The notes beneath the pieces are model-generated. The model was not told the DNA's origin. It made no database searches and saw only the letters and a program-made list of their open reading frames with translations. From positions 101,930,001 through 101,994,000 of the forward strand of contig NC_058373.1 of the NCBI RefSeq assembly GCF_018350175.1: a stretch of 64,000 nt of DNA, read 5' to 3'. The position numbers and the translations under genes are program-made. Shown piece by piece: positions 12,601 to 25,711 of the stretch (position 1 is the stretch's first letter; each line of letters starts with the position of its first letter). This DNA comes from Felis catus. Lineage: Eukaryota.

Positions 12601-14916
12601 GATGCTCACACTTGCCAAGGAAGTCAACCCGGCATAGAGCAAAAGCATCTTAATCTTTCCCACACTGCATAAGAGAGTGACTTTCTAGTCGTCTGGGATC
12701 TCCATTGGCATGTCGAGCAGAAGCAGCCCAGATGAAGCTAAATGGCTATGTGCCAGCCAGAGGTGGGAGCCCAGGAGGCACGCATGACATCAATCACGTA
12801 TCTGCTCCCAAAGGAAATACCCCTGCTTGTCTGTGTCTCTCAACCGTAGCCACAGCTTTGCAGAATGAAAAACCACAATATCTGAGGTTATATGAGGTGG
12901 TTCTTAGCTTTGCATCCAACCCTGTGGCACCTGGTACACAGGAAAGGACCTGAACTTTTAGCTCGACTTTGCCTCTGGGTAACATCGTCACAGAATCTAG
13001 CATCCAAGTCATTGGAGTTCCTGGCTTGGGAGGAGTGAAATGGTCCGGGTGCTCTTGCTTCTCTGGTTTATTTCCCTCCTAATGGAGTTTTGTTTTAATT
13101 CCTGGCAAAAGAAGATACCTTGTCTCGAACCAAGGGATGAAAGATTAGTAGGCTATGTTCTTAAGAACTGGGATTTCTTCTTCTTTGTTCATGAGTTCAT
13201 GTTTCAGGAAGGAGAGCTCTTCAAGCACACAACACAGAGCTAGGCACTGAGAGACTCGCTCTACAAGCAGAGTCAACATGTGCCTGCCTCAAGGGAATAT
13301 ACGGCCAAGAGAAGCTTATATTTCCCAGCAACATTATCTAGAAGTAACTTCTCAGGAAGGCCTAACTCACTGTGTTGTGTAGGAACCTTTTGTAGGAAGA
13401 CAATTCCCAATGACCCGCATTTTGACTAAACAGGTGAGGCAGGCCCTTCCAGCCCTCTAATAGAAATTCTAGTTGTCAGATATTTTGTGGAAAGGAACTA
13501 GTATTGAGTGGAGTATTAGTCTTGACAAGCCCAGACTTGCACCCCGCTCTCCCCAACTCTTAAAACCCTACATTGTCCTCTTGGCATATAAAATACCCAG
13601 TTTTTAACATGATTTAGTAGCTGAGGGCTCTGTTTTATCATTGGTGGATTTTGCATGATTCAACTGTAGGGCACCCAGTGAAAATCTGGCCCATGAGATG
13701 CTCTGTAATCTCTGCAACAGATTTTGCCCAAGTGTGCCTTGGGGTTACCCAGACTTCCCTGAATCATGATCAGTGAGTTTTCTGAGCAGCAACTTGGGGC
13801 TTTTCAAAGTAGCAAACATGAATCCTAGTGCCAAAGTTGTTAACACGTTATTGGCCCAAGAGCCGGAGCTGTTGTTATTTGCCTGGTCACTCTGCAGACG
13901 TATTAGCATTGTTTCAGCAACAACAAGACATGATGGAGAATAGTCTGGTAAAACAGGTCCAGCATGTCGCAGGAAGGACAGCACCAGAGTCCGAGCTGGC
14001 AGGGTCTGGACTCTACCGAACTACAGTTTGAGTCGAGGAGGATGTTAGGGGTCTGTACTATGTGCCTGGGGAAGCCTTGTCTCTGTGGTTACTGATGATC
14101 CCAGAGGGACCCTCTGCTTGTCACTGTAGAATGAAGGGCCTCCAAGCACAAAATCAAGCCTGTGTTTGGTTCCCCCAGGGGGCCTGAAATCAGGGCCTGA
14201 TTTCAGAGGAGGCCAGGTTTCTTTAATCAATCCCAGTTAACTACCTTAAAAATTGAAAATTGGAAGGTTCCCACTTACTCTGGGGTGTTTGTCAGTGCCT
14301 CAGAATAAAGCACGTGGAAATAGACAGTATATCGTAATCAACATGGTTAGTAATGGATAACACTTTATAGAAAACATGAATAACATTTACCCAGCGCGTC
14401 AACATTTCTAAGTACTTTGCGGTCATTGTTTACCCAGCCCTAGCACTGACGGGCTGTTTGGCCCTCATCTCACGAGAAGTTGATATGACATAGGAAAAAG
14501 ACAGGAATTGGGAGGCCTGGTTCTAGTCCCCAGTTCAGCACATACTCCATAAACTAGACTTAGTGACTTAATTTTGCCATCTGTAAAATGAGCAAGGAGT
14601 GGAGGAAGCTGATTCTAGAGATTTCTCAAAGATCCCATCAGCGCAGAAATGCTAAAGAGCATGCACAAGGGCTTTGCTTTGGTTGTACTTAGCAACAAGG
14701 TGATAACTCTCATGAATTCTGATACTATTTCTATTAATTTTCCCAACTCGAGAATCCCAGATTTGGGCTTATTTCAGATCTGCTTTGGAATTCCTATTAT
14801 CCTATGGTCTAAGCAATCTCTGGGTCCTTCCAGTCCTGGTACATTTGTCGTCAATATTCAAGCAAAAGGTCAGAGACACATCCAGATACATTCCATAACT
14901 TGGAGAAGTGGTCAGC

Positions 14917-14918
<2 letters not shown>

Positions 14919-14954
<36 letters not shown>
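14919..14954. repeat. (AC)18 microsatellite
   Basis: Directly visible. Confidence 0.95.
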
Positions 14955-14957
<3 letters not shown>

Positions 14958-15196
14958 TGATAGTTTGGAGTCTAGGATGCCCTTATTCCCATTGGGGCAC
15001 AGGAAGGCAGAAGAAAGATTAGGCTAAGAATGACAGCAACCCCACCCGTGGGTCCTACAGTTGCCTGGTTTACCTATCACTGTGGAAGCAGAGGAAGCAG
15101 CATGTGGAGAGCTACACTGAACCTAGAAAGAAGTTTTCTTTGAGATGAAGACTCATCATGTGTAGTTTTAACATTCTAAGTCAGTTCTCTCCAAAT

Positions 15197-15362
15197 CAAG
15201 GGGTTCCTTGCCATATTTTTGGTCATGAATCCCTCTGAGAATCTTATGGAAACTATGGATGATTTCTGCCCAGAAAAGTAAACATATTTACAAATTGGGA
15301 TATAATTTTAGGGAATTCCTATATGCCCTGAAGCCCATGGACCCCAAGTTAGCCACCCCTAG
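15197..15362. mobile_element. Ancient hAT/Charlie-type DNA transposon fragment
   Basis: Motif gaatccctctgagaatcttatggaaactatgga...cccatggaccccaagtt resembles MER/Charlie relics; family not resolved. Confidence 0.5.
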
Positions 15363-15597
15363 TCTCAAGTAGTATAAGGGAACCCAATAGCAGGAATATC
15401 AGGGCTACACCAAGATTTCAAAGTCCAGAATTTGCTGCCAAAATTGAATTGAACAAGTAGTAACATAAAGGGTTTTTTTTTCTTTTTTTCCCTCTGACCA
15501 TCACCCTCCTTTCCTTTCTCTATTCCCATATCTTTTGTCATCTCTTCTCGTTCCCTTTCAATTTCTCTCCCCATCTCTTGCACATCTTGCACCACAG

Positions 15598-15707
15598 ATG
15601 TTCCAGCCTGGTTAAAAAGCCTCCGCCTGCACAAGTACGCTGCGCTTTTCTCCCAGATGACCTATGAGGAAATGATGGCCCTTACTGAGTGCCAGCTGGA
15701 GGCTCAG
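15598..15707 (+). CDS. SAMD4A: SAMD4A coding exon (exon 5), first part of SAM domain, 110 nt
   Basis: Long pyrimidine tract then accacag|AT; encodes (D)[36 protein letters not shown]; donor CAG|gtatgt. Confidence 0.97.
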
Positions 15708-17903
15708 GTATGTGCTTCAAGGGACCATCCTCTGAGAAGGTGCCCCAGGTGGAACCTGAAGTTGAAGCCCAAGATAGACCTTGTTTGGACCCATACCTGT
15801 TCCCACCTAGTAGCTTGCCTTGTTCTAGGAACTGTCAGGTGCTGGCCAGCATTGCATGGTGAGTAAGGCTGGGTTCTTGCCTTCGGGGTCCAGTAGGAGA
15901 TGGAGACCAGCAGGTAACTCTAAGGCAAATGAGGCTTAGTGAGAAAGAGTATGTTGAAAAAGGTATGACCTAGGTGCATGCTCTACATTCAAGGTGCCAG
16001 GGAGGAATCAGTGGAGTGGCCTAGAAGTAACGTTTGGCCAAAGCCTCAAAGAGTCTGTGTCCCTGCTTTTGCTTTCCTTGCCCCATCTTTCCATCTGGCC
16101 AACTAGGGTTTGTTTGGACAATGACAGATTGGTTGTCTGTTGTCCAGTCTGGTTTTCAAATCAGCTAACTTCTAGTAGTTAGTGAGTCGAAGCACCAGGT
16201 CATGCCTCAGACCTTCCCCAACGTTTTTCTAAAAGCATGTTCAGATTGGACTCAGCTGAGATTGGAGTAAGTTGTGCAAAATCCTTTTTCTTCTAACTAC
16301 CTTGAATAACATGGGATAGTCACAGAGAATGAGATTACCCCAGGTCTCAGATTTCATTTCCCTATGTGTGCCCATAAAAGAACAATGTTCTCCCTTCCTT
16401 CTAAGGCATCTTTCCCCAAGTGTGGATGCCAAAGGCTAGGCCAGTCGACAGACCCCCCTCAAAACGAAGCATGCTTCGTACCATGCTGTGCTCGAGTAAA
16501 TAAATCTGAGCGATGTCTTTGTTTCCCTTGGTTAAAATGCCATTTGCATGTTTCTAATTGACCTCAGTTTTCCTTCGAGCAATGATTTAAAAGAATTAAT
16601 GGTCTGAATAAGCTAACAGTATTTCCCTTGCAGGAAGAGGAGATTGTACCATTTGGGGCAGGACTGCTCTGGAAGCATACCTCCCAGCACATGCTGGTTT
16701 CCCATTGCATATTCAGTACCCTCAGTTAACCTCTGCAGGCCTGGCTGAATACCAGTATTGAGATGCAAGACAAAGCCCAAAGTCACTGCACATTCTCAGA
16801 GAATGAAAGGCACTAATTTCAACTTCCTAACACTTCTCCCGCTGCGTTTTACATCTTGATTGCTCCTTGAGATCCCAGGGATTGATGAGAGCGACCTCTA
16901 ACAGCATTTTTTGTGTTTGGGTCAGAGTTGAGGGGAAAAAAAAATCTAAGTCTTCAGTTATTGACTTGAGAAAACAAACAAACAAACAAACCAAACGAAC
17001 AAACAAACAAGAAATAATTGACAGAGAGGGCCAAGCCAGAGGCCAGCACAAATTTTTCAGAGTAATTTAATTCACTTGAACCCAAAGTCAAGGTAAACAA
17101 ATCTGCCCCCTAACACTTTATCCTAGAGAGTGAGTTCAGTTGTCACTTGAATGTGAATATCTCTGAAGGAGAGGCGTCTGGTGTTCCCATCTTTTCCTTC
17201 TTTAAGAGGAATCCTATGACTAGTTGCAAGAAGTCACCAGAAGTCTGTAGTAGAGACCTGATTTAAGAAAGGACCTGCTTGGAAATGTGTGATATCTGTA
17301 GTCAACAAGGGTTTAAATAAATCCGTAGGCTCAGCATTGCACACAGTTAAGACAAAATCCACAGTCCTAACTGTGAATCCTAATCATTTAGCTGAAGTGA
17401 TGACTGGAGACCAAAGATGACCTGAAAACTGCCAAAAATTGCCCTGGTTGTAGGACACCTGGTAGAATTGCACTAGCCTTCACATATTCTTGAGATGGAA
17501 AACCTAGGAAAGGGTTGAGAAAACAATGAAGATCTGTATGGGATTGAGACCTTCAGGCAAACTGAGGGACTGACATGGCAAAATATGGAGAAGAGGGTGT
17601 ATGACTTTAAAATGATCCTTTAAGACTGTGAAGACATTTCATGCTGGGTGGGTAATTGGCTGTTCTAGCTCCCTCTCTCTTCTCCTAAAGGTCACAACCA
17701 AAGGACACGGGCAAATGTGTAGCCAGATGTAGTTAAAATATTTAGTAAGGAGAGGTTTATGACAATGAGTACTGAAGAGAGAGACAAATGGATATTTACT
17801 GGTCTGCAAATGTAGCAACCAAGAAGACAGTAAATAGCCTCCAAGAGTCTTTAAACTGGTTCTTAAAAATATATCTTTAAATATAACTTTTATTTAATTA
17901 CAG

Positions 17904-17990
17904 AATGTTACCAAAGGTGCAAGACACAAAATTGTCATCAGTATTCAGAAGCTCAAAGAAAGACAAAACCTCCTGAAGTCTTTGGAAAGG
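17904..17990 (+). CDS. SAMD4A: SAMD4A coding exon (exon 6), second part of SAM domain, 87 nt
   Basis: ttacag|AAT; encodes [29 protein letters not shown]; donor AGG|gtaagt. Confidence 0.97.
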
Positions 17991-18658
17991 GTAAGTTATC
18001 ACCAGGTGAAGGCACATCTCCACCTTTATCACGGGAAGATTCTCAGTCGAAAGTGTCACTGGCAGACCTTTTATAGAGTGTATCACCTTGTTTCCCTATC
18101 AGAGGCAGAAAAACATGAAAGGATTTTCAAGTGAACTATCCTGGTTCCCCAAGCTTCTGGGTAACCCGACTGCTGAAATGTACTTATTCCCTGGGTCGAG
18201 GCAGCCTGTGACCGGCCATCCCAGTAAACTCCAGGTTCAATAGAGGGAATGAAAATCATTTGGCTGATAAGCACCTATCAGCTGCTACTGTCCCTTTTCG
18301 TTTGTTGCCTAAACAAGTTCTCTTCCTATCTTTGTATCCGGACATCACCCTGGTAATGATATTTTTAGGACGTGGTGGCTTTATGATTTCATCTGAGGTG
18401 CAGAGGAGAGCAGGCCTGTTCCTGGGCTGCCCTCTGCCCCAAGTTGGGATTCTTGTGCATTGCTGTTGGGAGGTGGTTGGGACTGGTGGGTGGAAAGTTC
18501 TGTAGGGATGTGCCGCCTGCGGAGCCTGAGTGGTGAGGTCCTCTAGTGTGTCCAGGGTGACTTTGGAAGGAAACAAAGTATTGAGGGAGGTAGGGCTAAT
18601 GCCCTACCTATGTTCTGTAAGAACATAAACGTTTTAATGCAGTAAGAGGTTTTTTTTT

Positions 18659-18889
18659 GTTTGTCTGTTTTTTAAATTTTTTTTTTCAACGTTTATTTAT
18701 TTTTGGGACAGAGAGAGACAGAGCATGAACAGGGGAGGGGCAGAGAGAGAGGGAGACACAGAATCGGAAACAGGCTCCAGGCTCTGAGCCATCAGCCCAG
18801 AGCCTGACGCGGGGCTCGAACTCACGGACCGCGAGATCGTGACCTGGCTGAAGTCGGACGCTTAACCGACTGCACCACCCAGTCGCCCC
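18659..18889 (-). mobile_element. Young Can-SINE (SINEC_Fc-like)
   Basis: Full-length, CpGs largely intact, flanked by direct repeat AGAGGTTTTTTTTT (18645-18658 and from 18891). Confidence 0.93.
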
Positions 18890-18918
18890 GAGAGGTTTTT
18901 TTTTAACTTATAAAAATA

Positions 18919-19032
18919 GGGGCGCCTGGCTGGCTCAGTCAGAAGAGCATATGAGTCTTCATCTCAGGGTCATGAGTTCGAGCCCTGCATTGGGTGTAGA
19001 GGTCACTTAAATAAATAAAACTTAAAAAAAAA
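18919..19032 (+). mobile_element. Short Can-SINE (older subfamily lacking the CT region)
   Basis: GGGGCGCCTGGCTGGCTCAGTC head, B-box GAGTTCGAGCCC, A-rich tail. Confidence 0.85.
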
Positions 19033-19770
19033 TTTTTTTTAAAGATGTGTGTATATAATTTTATATACAACATATAAAGTTATATTTAATGCATATCACA
19101 TAAAATATAAAGTATATGTATAGAATAAGCATATATAACTTTATAAGGAAAGTGGCTTTAAAGCCATGGGATAGATATAGAGGCTACTCACATGCCCATC
19201 TGTGATGAAAGGTCTGCCCCTAATTAAAGTGAATCACAAATGACACGTGACCTATCCAACTGAACCCGAGGTTATTGTTGTTCTTAATTTTATGATAACT
19301 CCTTTACCAAGAGGTTTGTCCAACAGAGTGATTATTGCCATCTTTAATATAAGAAACCATTCTCTTTTGGGGACCATTCAAAAGGCCAATTTTCTCCTTA
19401 TCTGTTAGAAAGCACAGAAAGCTTTCTGCATAATGACTAGCTTGCTAAGTATTACAGTGAAAGGGTGACTGTCCACCCACCCCACCCAACCCCCACCCCT
19501 TACCTCCAGAGCATCCTTTAGGAACTCACAGGAACTCTGCACTGAGGAAATGCACCCACCTGAAAGACGAGATGGAACTGCTGTTTGCCCTACTCCCTGT
19601 AGCCTTGGGCCATATCAGTGTGTGGACACACAAGGGCACAGGGTGGCACAGGTGGCCTTAATATGCCACAGACTTTCTCTCTGGCCTTTGATGAGTCCGT
19701 GCCATTTCACACCTAGGATAATAGTGATTCCACAAAAATACTTTCTGCCTGGTTCACTGGAATGGGAATT

Positions 19771-19981
19771 TTTTTTAAGTTTATTTTTATTTATTTTGAG
19801 AGAGAAACAGAGTACAAGCAGGGGAGGGGCAGAGAGCGACAGGGAGAGAGAGAATCCCAAGCAGGCTCTGCACTGTCAGCACAGAGCCTGATGTGGGGCT
19901 CAAACTCATGAACCGTGACATCATCATGACCTGAGCCTAAATCAAGAGTCAGATGCTCAACTGACTGAGCCACTTAGGTGC
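19771..19981 (-). mobile_element. Can-SINE
   Basis: Typical body; TSD ctgg(a/g)atgggaatt at 19757-19770 and 19982-19995. Confidence 0.9.
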
Positions 19982-20479
19982 CTGGGATGGGAATTGATAA
20001 AAAGATGACAAATTTCATACAAAGTCTGAGAGCAGCTAATGATCAAGAGAAGAGCAGTAATGAGTTTATTTCGACGTCCCTGAGGAGGAATGCTTGTGCG
20101 TCTAGGAGACCAGCACGTTCAGCTTGCTTCAGAACACCTGAGTACAGACACTTGTGTGCTTGTCCCTTCAGGAGCTCATGACCTGGGGTTGGGGGTCCTC
20201 AGCATCCACTGGGGACTCAGCCCCTTGGCTCGCTCCTCTGGGACCCAAGGCTCTCCTGCTCTTTGAGGGAGGGAGTCATCCCTAATGTGTTACCACTTAG
20301 GCCACCAGCAAACTCCATCAGCCCTTTCTCTCGTGCTCCCACACGTCCTAAGCTGGTTATGCTGTTGAAAATGCTATCATCAGGCCTTTGCTTGCCTACA
20401 GCATTCTTACCTCACATAGAACTGGCCCCGCCCAGGGCTAGTTCATAATCAGTGGTTGCTGCAGATAAGCTCAATGTCC

Positions 20480-21350
20480 AGAGCCCTTCCACTCAGCCTG
20501 AACACTTACTAAGCAGCTGCCTTGGACTACATTTACCCCATCCACTGGAGGCTACCCGTGAGTAACACAGTAATATGTGGCTCCTGCCTTTGGGGAGCAC
20601 GAGATGCACACTGTGACACAGACATGTCACACAGACACGGCCAGTGCTCTCAAATCCCTTGTGATCAGTGTCGTCACTGAGGCAGGTGGGGGAATCTTCC
20701 TGGGATGAAGCACAGCACTCTGCAGTGGTGACGAAGAGGGAAACCTCGGAGGAGCCGACACTGGCTGGAAGACTCGTTAGGAACCTACAGCCAGACTTGG
20801 TGCACCCTGGAGCTAAGGCAGGGCCCGCGAGGGTGGAGAGGGATAAGAGAGGTCGTTTAGCAGAAGTCCGGGCAGTGGCCTTGGTGCCGTGCCATTTGGA
20901 AACAGCAGATATAGGAGGAGTTGCCAGGTTTGGAGAAGTGGAGTTGAGTTCAGTTGGCCAGATTGAGTCTGAGGTGCCTTTGGGACACCCAGGCAGAAAA
21001 GGCAAATTAGTGGCCAGAAGAACAAGGCTAGAGTCCACAAGGCCTTGAAAGACTCATCTGTGGGTCATCTGTGCATAATGGCAGTTGACTCCAGAAGTGT
21101 GTGCCAAGTGGAAGAGCTGAGGACAGACCCCAAGAAGCACCATCCAGAAGATATGGAGGTACTAAACAGTGACAGGCTGAGCCCACCCAGGGGGTCAGAG
21201 AAGCATTTGAAGGAGCAAATCCCATCAGGTGCTGTGGATGTGTCCCCTACAGTGAGGACTGAACACTGCCCCCTGGAACTGGCTGCCAGCAGGTCACTGA
21301 TGGCCATGATGAGAAGGGATACAAGGAGAAAGGAGGGATAGAAGCAGAAA
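20480..21350 (-). mobile_element. L2 LINE relic
   Basis: L2-like motifs (gagttgagttcagttggccagattgagtctgaggtgcctttgggacacccagg); explains the spurious ORFs here. Confidence 0.6.
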
Positions 21351-21583
21351 CTCAGGAACCCAGAAGTGTGAATGGGTGTTGAGGCCACGGGGTAAGGAAG
21401 TACATACTTCTCAAGATGTTTGGTGGAAAAGAAAAAGGAAAGATTAGAATGTTGCTGGGGCAAACTTTTCAACATTGATCTTTAATAACGAAAATGTTTC
21501 ACATGCTTTTATTCACTGTCCTTTTTCAACTAATTCCCAAACTATGAAGCTAAACTATTCCCTGGGAACCTGGCACAGAGAAA

Positions 21584-21585
<2 letters not shown>

Positions 21586-21616
<31 letters not shown>
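21586..21616. repeat. (AC)n microsatellite
   Basis: Directly visible. Confidence 0.95.
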
Positions 21617-21621
<5 letters not shown>

Positions 21622-24062
21622 TTCCCACAGCTCCCTGTCCTGGCTGCATGCTCACACTGTATGGGCCCCAGAAACTGTAAGCATCTCAGGGCAAGGATTC
21701 TATTGTATTTGTTTCTAGGTCCCTGATGCTTCACAGTGCTTAGCTCCTGGTTGGGCCCAGCTGGAGTGTGGTGAATGAAAGGTGGCAGGGGAGTAGATTT
21801 AAGTAGGTGCAGGAGTGCTGTCTACTGTGCAAGAGGTCCAGGTCTGCTCACACTGGGGGAAGGATGGGACCATGGTCAGTGTGTAAGTGTCGAGACACTG
21901 GCTGCCCAAGTTCTGTCTTCCAGACGATTTGCCCCTTGCTGCTGTCACGTGCCCTGAGAAAGGTTTCAAACCAGTCTTCCTCTAAGACCTAAGAAAGCCA
22001 GGTGAGGGGTTGGCAAGTAGCTTCCTGTCCTGTGCATGGGCCCTGAGCTGTGCCACCAGAGCTGACTGCTGGCATTGGTGGGCCGGCCTTCGTGGAACCC
22101 CCTCTGCCATGAGCTCCTCGGCTAGGCACATTAGCGAACGGACAGCTTCATTTTGCCTCTTTGTGTTTATAATGTAGGAGTATATTTATGGTCTGAAGGA
22201 TCAGTAGAGACTTGGGTTGGTTCCCTATTTTTGTCAACATGGAGAGTTAATTCCCACAGCTAGTTGGAGGACACTGGATTGGGTGTCACTTGGGCCATTT
22301 TCTAGCTTCCTTCTCAACTTGGGCACTCAGTGTTGAGTTCTAGAATTGATTTCTGAAGAGTCAGATATGTAACCCTACAAAGGCTGGCATAAGGGGCATT
22401 GTTAACTTGTTAGCCGAGTGTTTTCTTTGAGACAGTGGCTTCAAGTCTATGGGGGAAGACAAAACAAAAAAAACTCTGCATGATTCCTGATAAGTTATAT
22501 TTGACAGAAAGTGTCCATCATTATTCATTAGGTTTATGGCTTCCTTTTTGGTGTGGTTGTCTCCAGTGGAGTAAGGTAAGATTTGAACTTGGGGCAAGTG
22601 TATGTTTCCTGTTCCAAAGAGTTCAGCTATTAGCATAATCAAAATCCCCTTCCTCCATCACTGAGTAACTACAGAAGCCTTTTTGCATGTGACAAGAGCC
22701 AAGTGAGGGTTGTTTGGTGGCAGTTGACACAATGTCATGAGCATGCATTTGCTCACCTCAGTGTTAGCTGTCACGTGGGATGGCATGGCAGGGATGCATG
22801 TGATCTCCCAAATAGGCCAGCCAGCTCTGCCTACTCAGCTCCCACTCAGTGAGGAAGCTTCATCCCTTCTCTCTCCTTCTGCTTCCCCCCTCCCCCACCC
22901 ACCCCAGTCAGGGACTGGACAGGATCAAGAGCCGCCACATCCCAGGTGCCAGTTAGGCAGTTGGCAGGAAGTGAAGGACCTAGAGGCAGGGATCCCCCCC
23001 CACACCCCAGTTGGCACATAGTTGGATCAGGAAAGGCCATAGGTGCTCTCCTGGCATGGGTCAGCTAGCTTGCCTCATATGCCCTGCCCTGATAGATCAC
23101 CAAGTCCAAAATCGAGCGACCAGTCACGTGACTCCATCTAGACTCTGGAAAAGACTGGTCCAGTCTGGGCAGCAGGAAAACTGGGAATGACTCCTGCCTC
23201 AGGTTTGCTGGCGTAGGCAGCAAGCTAGTCTTCCCCACGCCATGTCTGCCAGGTTTAGGAGGAAGGCTGTAGACTCTCAAGCTCTCCTCTTTAAAAGAAA
23301 AATGGACGCTCTCCTCTAAAACAGGCCGGACAGTGGCCCCGGCCAGGACTGAAACAATTCTGATGGCTACTTAGCATTTCACTTTACTCAATGACCCTGG
23401 GTGCCAACTAGGCTAAGTTTCTGCTTCCAACCTCCTGAGCAAAGCAGGTTCCCGCCAATGGTGGGGCTGGGCTATTGGTGTTTTGCTGCCCTGAACTGAA
23501 ACGTGCCTATTCAAGGCTGCCGTCCTCCAGTTTCCTTTTTCTAATCAATTGATAGGAAGTCCAATGTGCTATCGATTGATTGGAAAGTCTGGGTGTAGAG
23601 GTGATCGTGTTCCATGGGCTTGTGTTCCTGGACACCATCAAGCAGTTTTTCTCAGAGGAACCCAGGAATGGACTGGTACTCATGCTTCAGGCTTTTGAAA
23701 TGATGTCTTTGCCATTCTGTGCTCTCAGGAGAGTAAATACTTCATTAGTAATCAGGGCCTTGATTGTCAGTGTCCTTCCTGGGTCCCAAGGAGAGGTCTG
23801 TTGCAAAAGCACTTGGGCAGCACTGGGGCAGAGGGCCGGACCGCTCTCCATGCCAAAGATGATTCCCAGGCCCTGACACCCAGCCACAAGCGTCAGAGCC
23901 TGTCCTGTGCCTCTGTGAGGATCTGGCACGTAGATAAATGTCGACCAGAATCAGCGCTCACTCTTTTTCCTAATAAATAACCACCAGTATATCAAACTGT
24001 ATGTGCAGAAGGCCCCAATTTTATTATACAACATATAAAACCATTTGTATTATGTACAATTT

Positions 24063-24364
24063 TAGTTGATCCTTAAACAACATGGGGCACTGACTCCTCC
24101 CCTGGGCAGCTGAAAATCCATGTGTAACTTCTGACTCCCCAAAAACTGAACTACTAATAGCCTACTGTTGACTGGAAGCCTTACTGAAGATATATTGTAC
24201 ACTATATATGTTATATTCTGTATTCCTATAATAAAGTCAGCTACAGAATAGAAAATGCTAAGAGAATCATCAGTAAATTCTCAACACTGTACTGTATTTA
24301 TCGGAAAAATCCGCATGTAAGTGGACACACACAGTCCAAACTCATGTTGTTCAAGAGTCAACTG
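24063..24364. mobile_element. Non-autonomous Tigger-type (TcMar) DNA transposon, Tigger2-like
   Basis: Terminal inverted repeats agttgatccttaaacaacatg ... catgttgttcaagagtcaactg followed by TA. Confidence 0.8.
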
Positions 24365-24399
24365 TATTGTATACACATATATTGTACATATTTCTCTCC

Positions 24400-24870
24400 A
24401 GAATGAAACTTCAACAACATGTCACTCCCTTGCTCAAAACTTCCCCTGATGTCTCTTCTCATTTAAAAAAACTCCCAGCTTCCTTGCCTCCATGCTCAGG
24501 CCCCAGTAGAAACCTCATTCCCCACCCTCTCCTCTCCCCATCCTGTTCCACCTCCTTGCTATTTCTCACACACCCTGGCATGCCCCCACCTCAGAGTCTC
24601 TGCCTTCACCATGCCCTCTGCATGGGGCACGCTTTCCCAGGGTCTTCACGCCCACATTCATTTGGGTTCCCAGTCCAACATCACCCCCTCAGACAGCCTC
24701 CCTTCACAGCCACCCTGGCCTGCACCCTAGTGCAGTATGTTCATCTCAGGGTGGGTTGTAAACTCCCCAAGGGAACCACAAAGACTCTTCCCCCCATAAC
24801 CTCTTCCCTAAGACAGTGCCCAGTTCATCACAGCACTTGACACATACCTATTAACAAAGAAGCACATGAC
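24400..24870 (+). mobile_element. L2 LINE 3' relic
   Basis: catgtcactcccttgctcaaaactt...gacagtgccc motifs typical of the L2 3' region. Confidence 0.55.
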
Positions 24871-24889
24871 ATGGGAACCTGACCCTGAC

Positions 24890-25270
24890 CTGCAGCTTTA
24901 CAGATATTAACATCCTCACAACCACCCATTGAGGCAGATGTTATCTTTATTTTATACACAGGAATAGGCACAGGGAGGTTAAGTTGTTTACCCAAGGTCA
25001 TACAGTAGTGTCAGAATTTGAACCCCAGCATCTGTCCTAGAGTCTGTATTCTTTGAAGTTTTACTTGTTTTGAGAGAGAGGGAGAGAGCCAGCAGGGGAG
25101 GGGCAGAGAGAGAGAGAGAGAATCCCTAGCAGTCTCTGCACCGTTAGGGCAGAGCCCAAGGTGGGGCTCGATCCCAAACACCGTGAGATCATGATCTGAG
25201 TGAGATCAGACACTTAACGGACTGAGCCATCCAGGCACCCTCCTAGAGTCTGTATTCTTAACCACTGCCC
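24890..25270 (-). mobile_element. MIR split by a Can-SINE
   Basis: atcctcacaaccacccattgaggcaga...gaggttaagttgtttacccaaggtca...tttgaacccca; resumes as cttaaccactg after the SINE. Confidence 0.7.
25054..25240 (-). mobile_element. Can-SINE inserted into a MIR
   Basis: Perfect 19-bp TSD TCCTAGAGTCTGTATTCTT at 25035-25053 and 25241-25259. Confidence 0.9.
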
Positions 25271-25711
25271 TGTGGTGCCTGTGTCGTGGGCTGAGGGTGT
25301 GAACGAGCAGGTCCCTTCATCCTACACAGGACAGGAAGTTACCACATGACCCAGCTTTATTATACAGCTTCTAAAGTGTGTGCATGTAAAATATGTAAAT
25401 GCTTTTTATAGAAATTCACTGAGGAAGCCAGGGAAGGAAATGTACAAAATCGTTTTAGTGATCACCTCTAGATGGTGGGATTTTCAGGTGATGTATATTT
25501 TCCTCACTATGCATATCTGTATTTTGCCAAGTTTTCTACCGGGCTAATAATAGAATGATAAAATGGCTGCATTTCCGAAGACTGTTGGGATGAAGGGGCC
25601 AGCAGCTGTGAGTCCCGCCTGGGAATAGCTCCGGGCAGGGGGAGGGAGATGTCAAGGTGGGCCACCCCCAGTGCTGACCCTAACCAAAGTCTTCTCCCTC
25701 TGGCCATCCAG

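Noticed and set aside
18860..18990. tRNA-like A/B boxes
   Set aside because: These are tRNA-derived SINE heads; no complete cloverleaf, so no tRNA gene is called.
20493..21475. Several 100-180 aa ORFs
   Set aside because: They lie in a degenerate L2 relic with no intact reverse transcriptase motifs.
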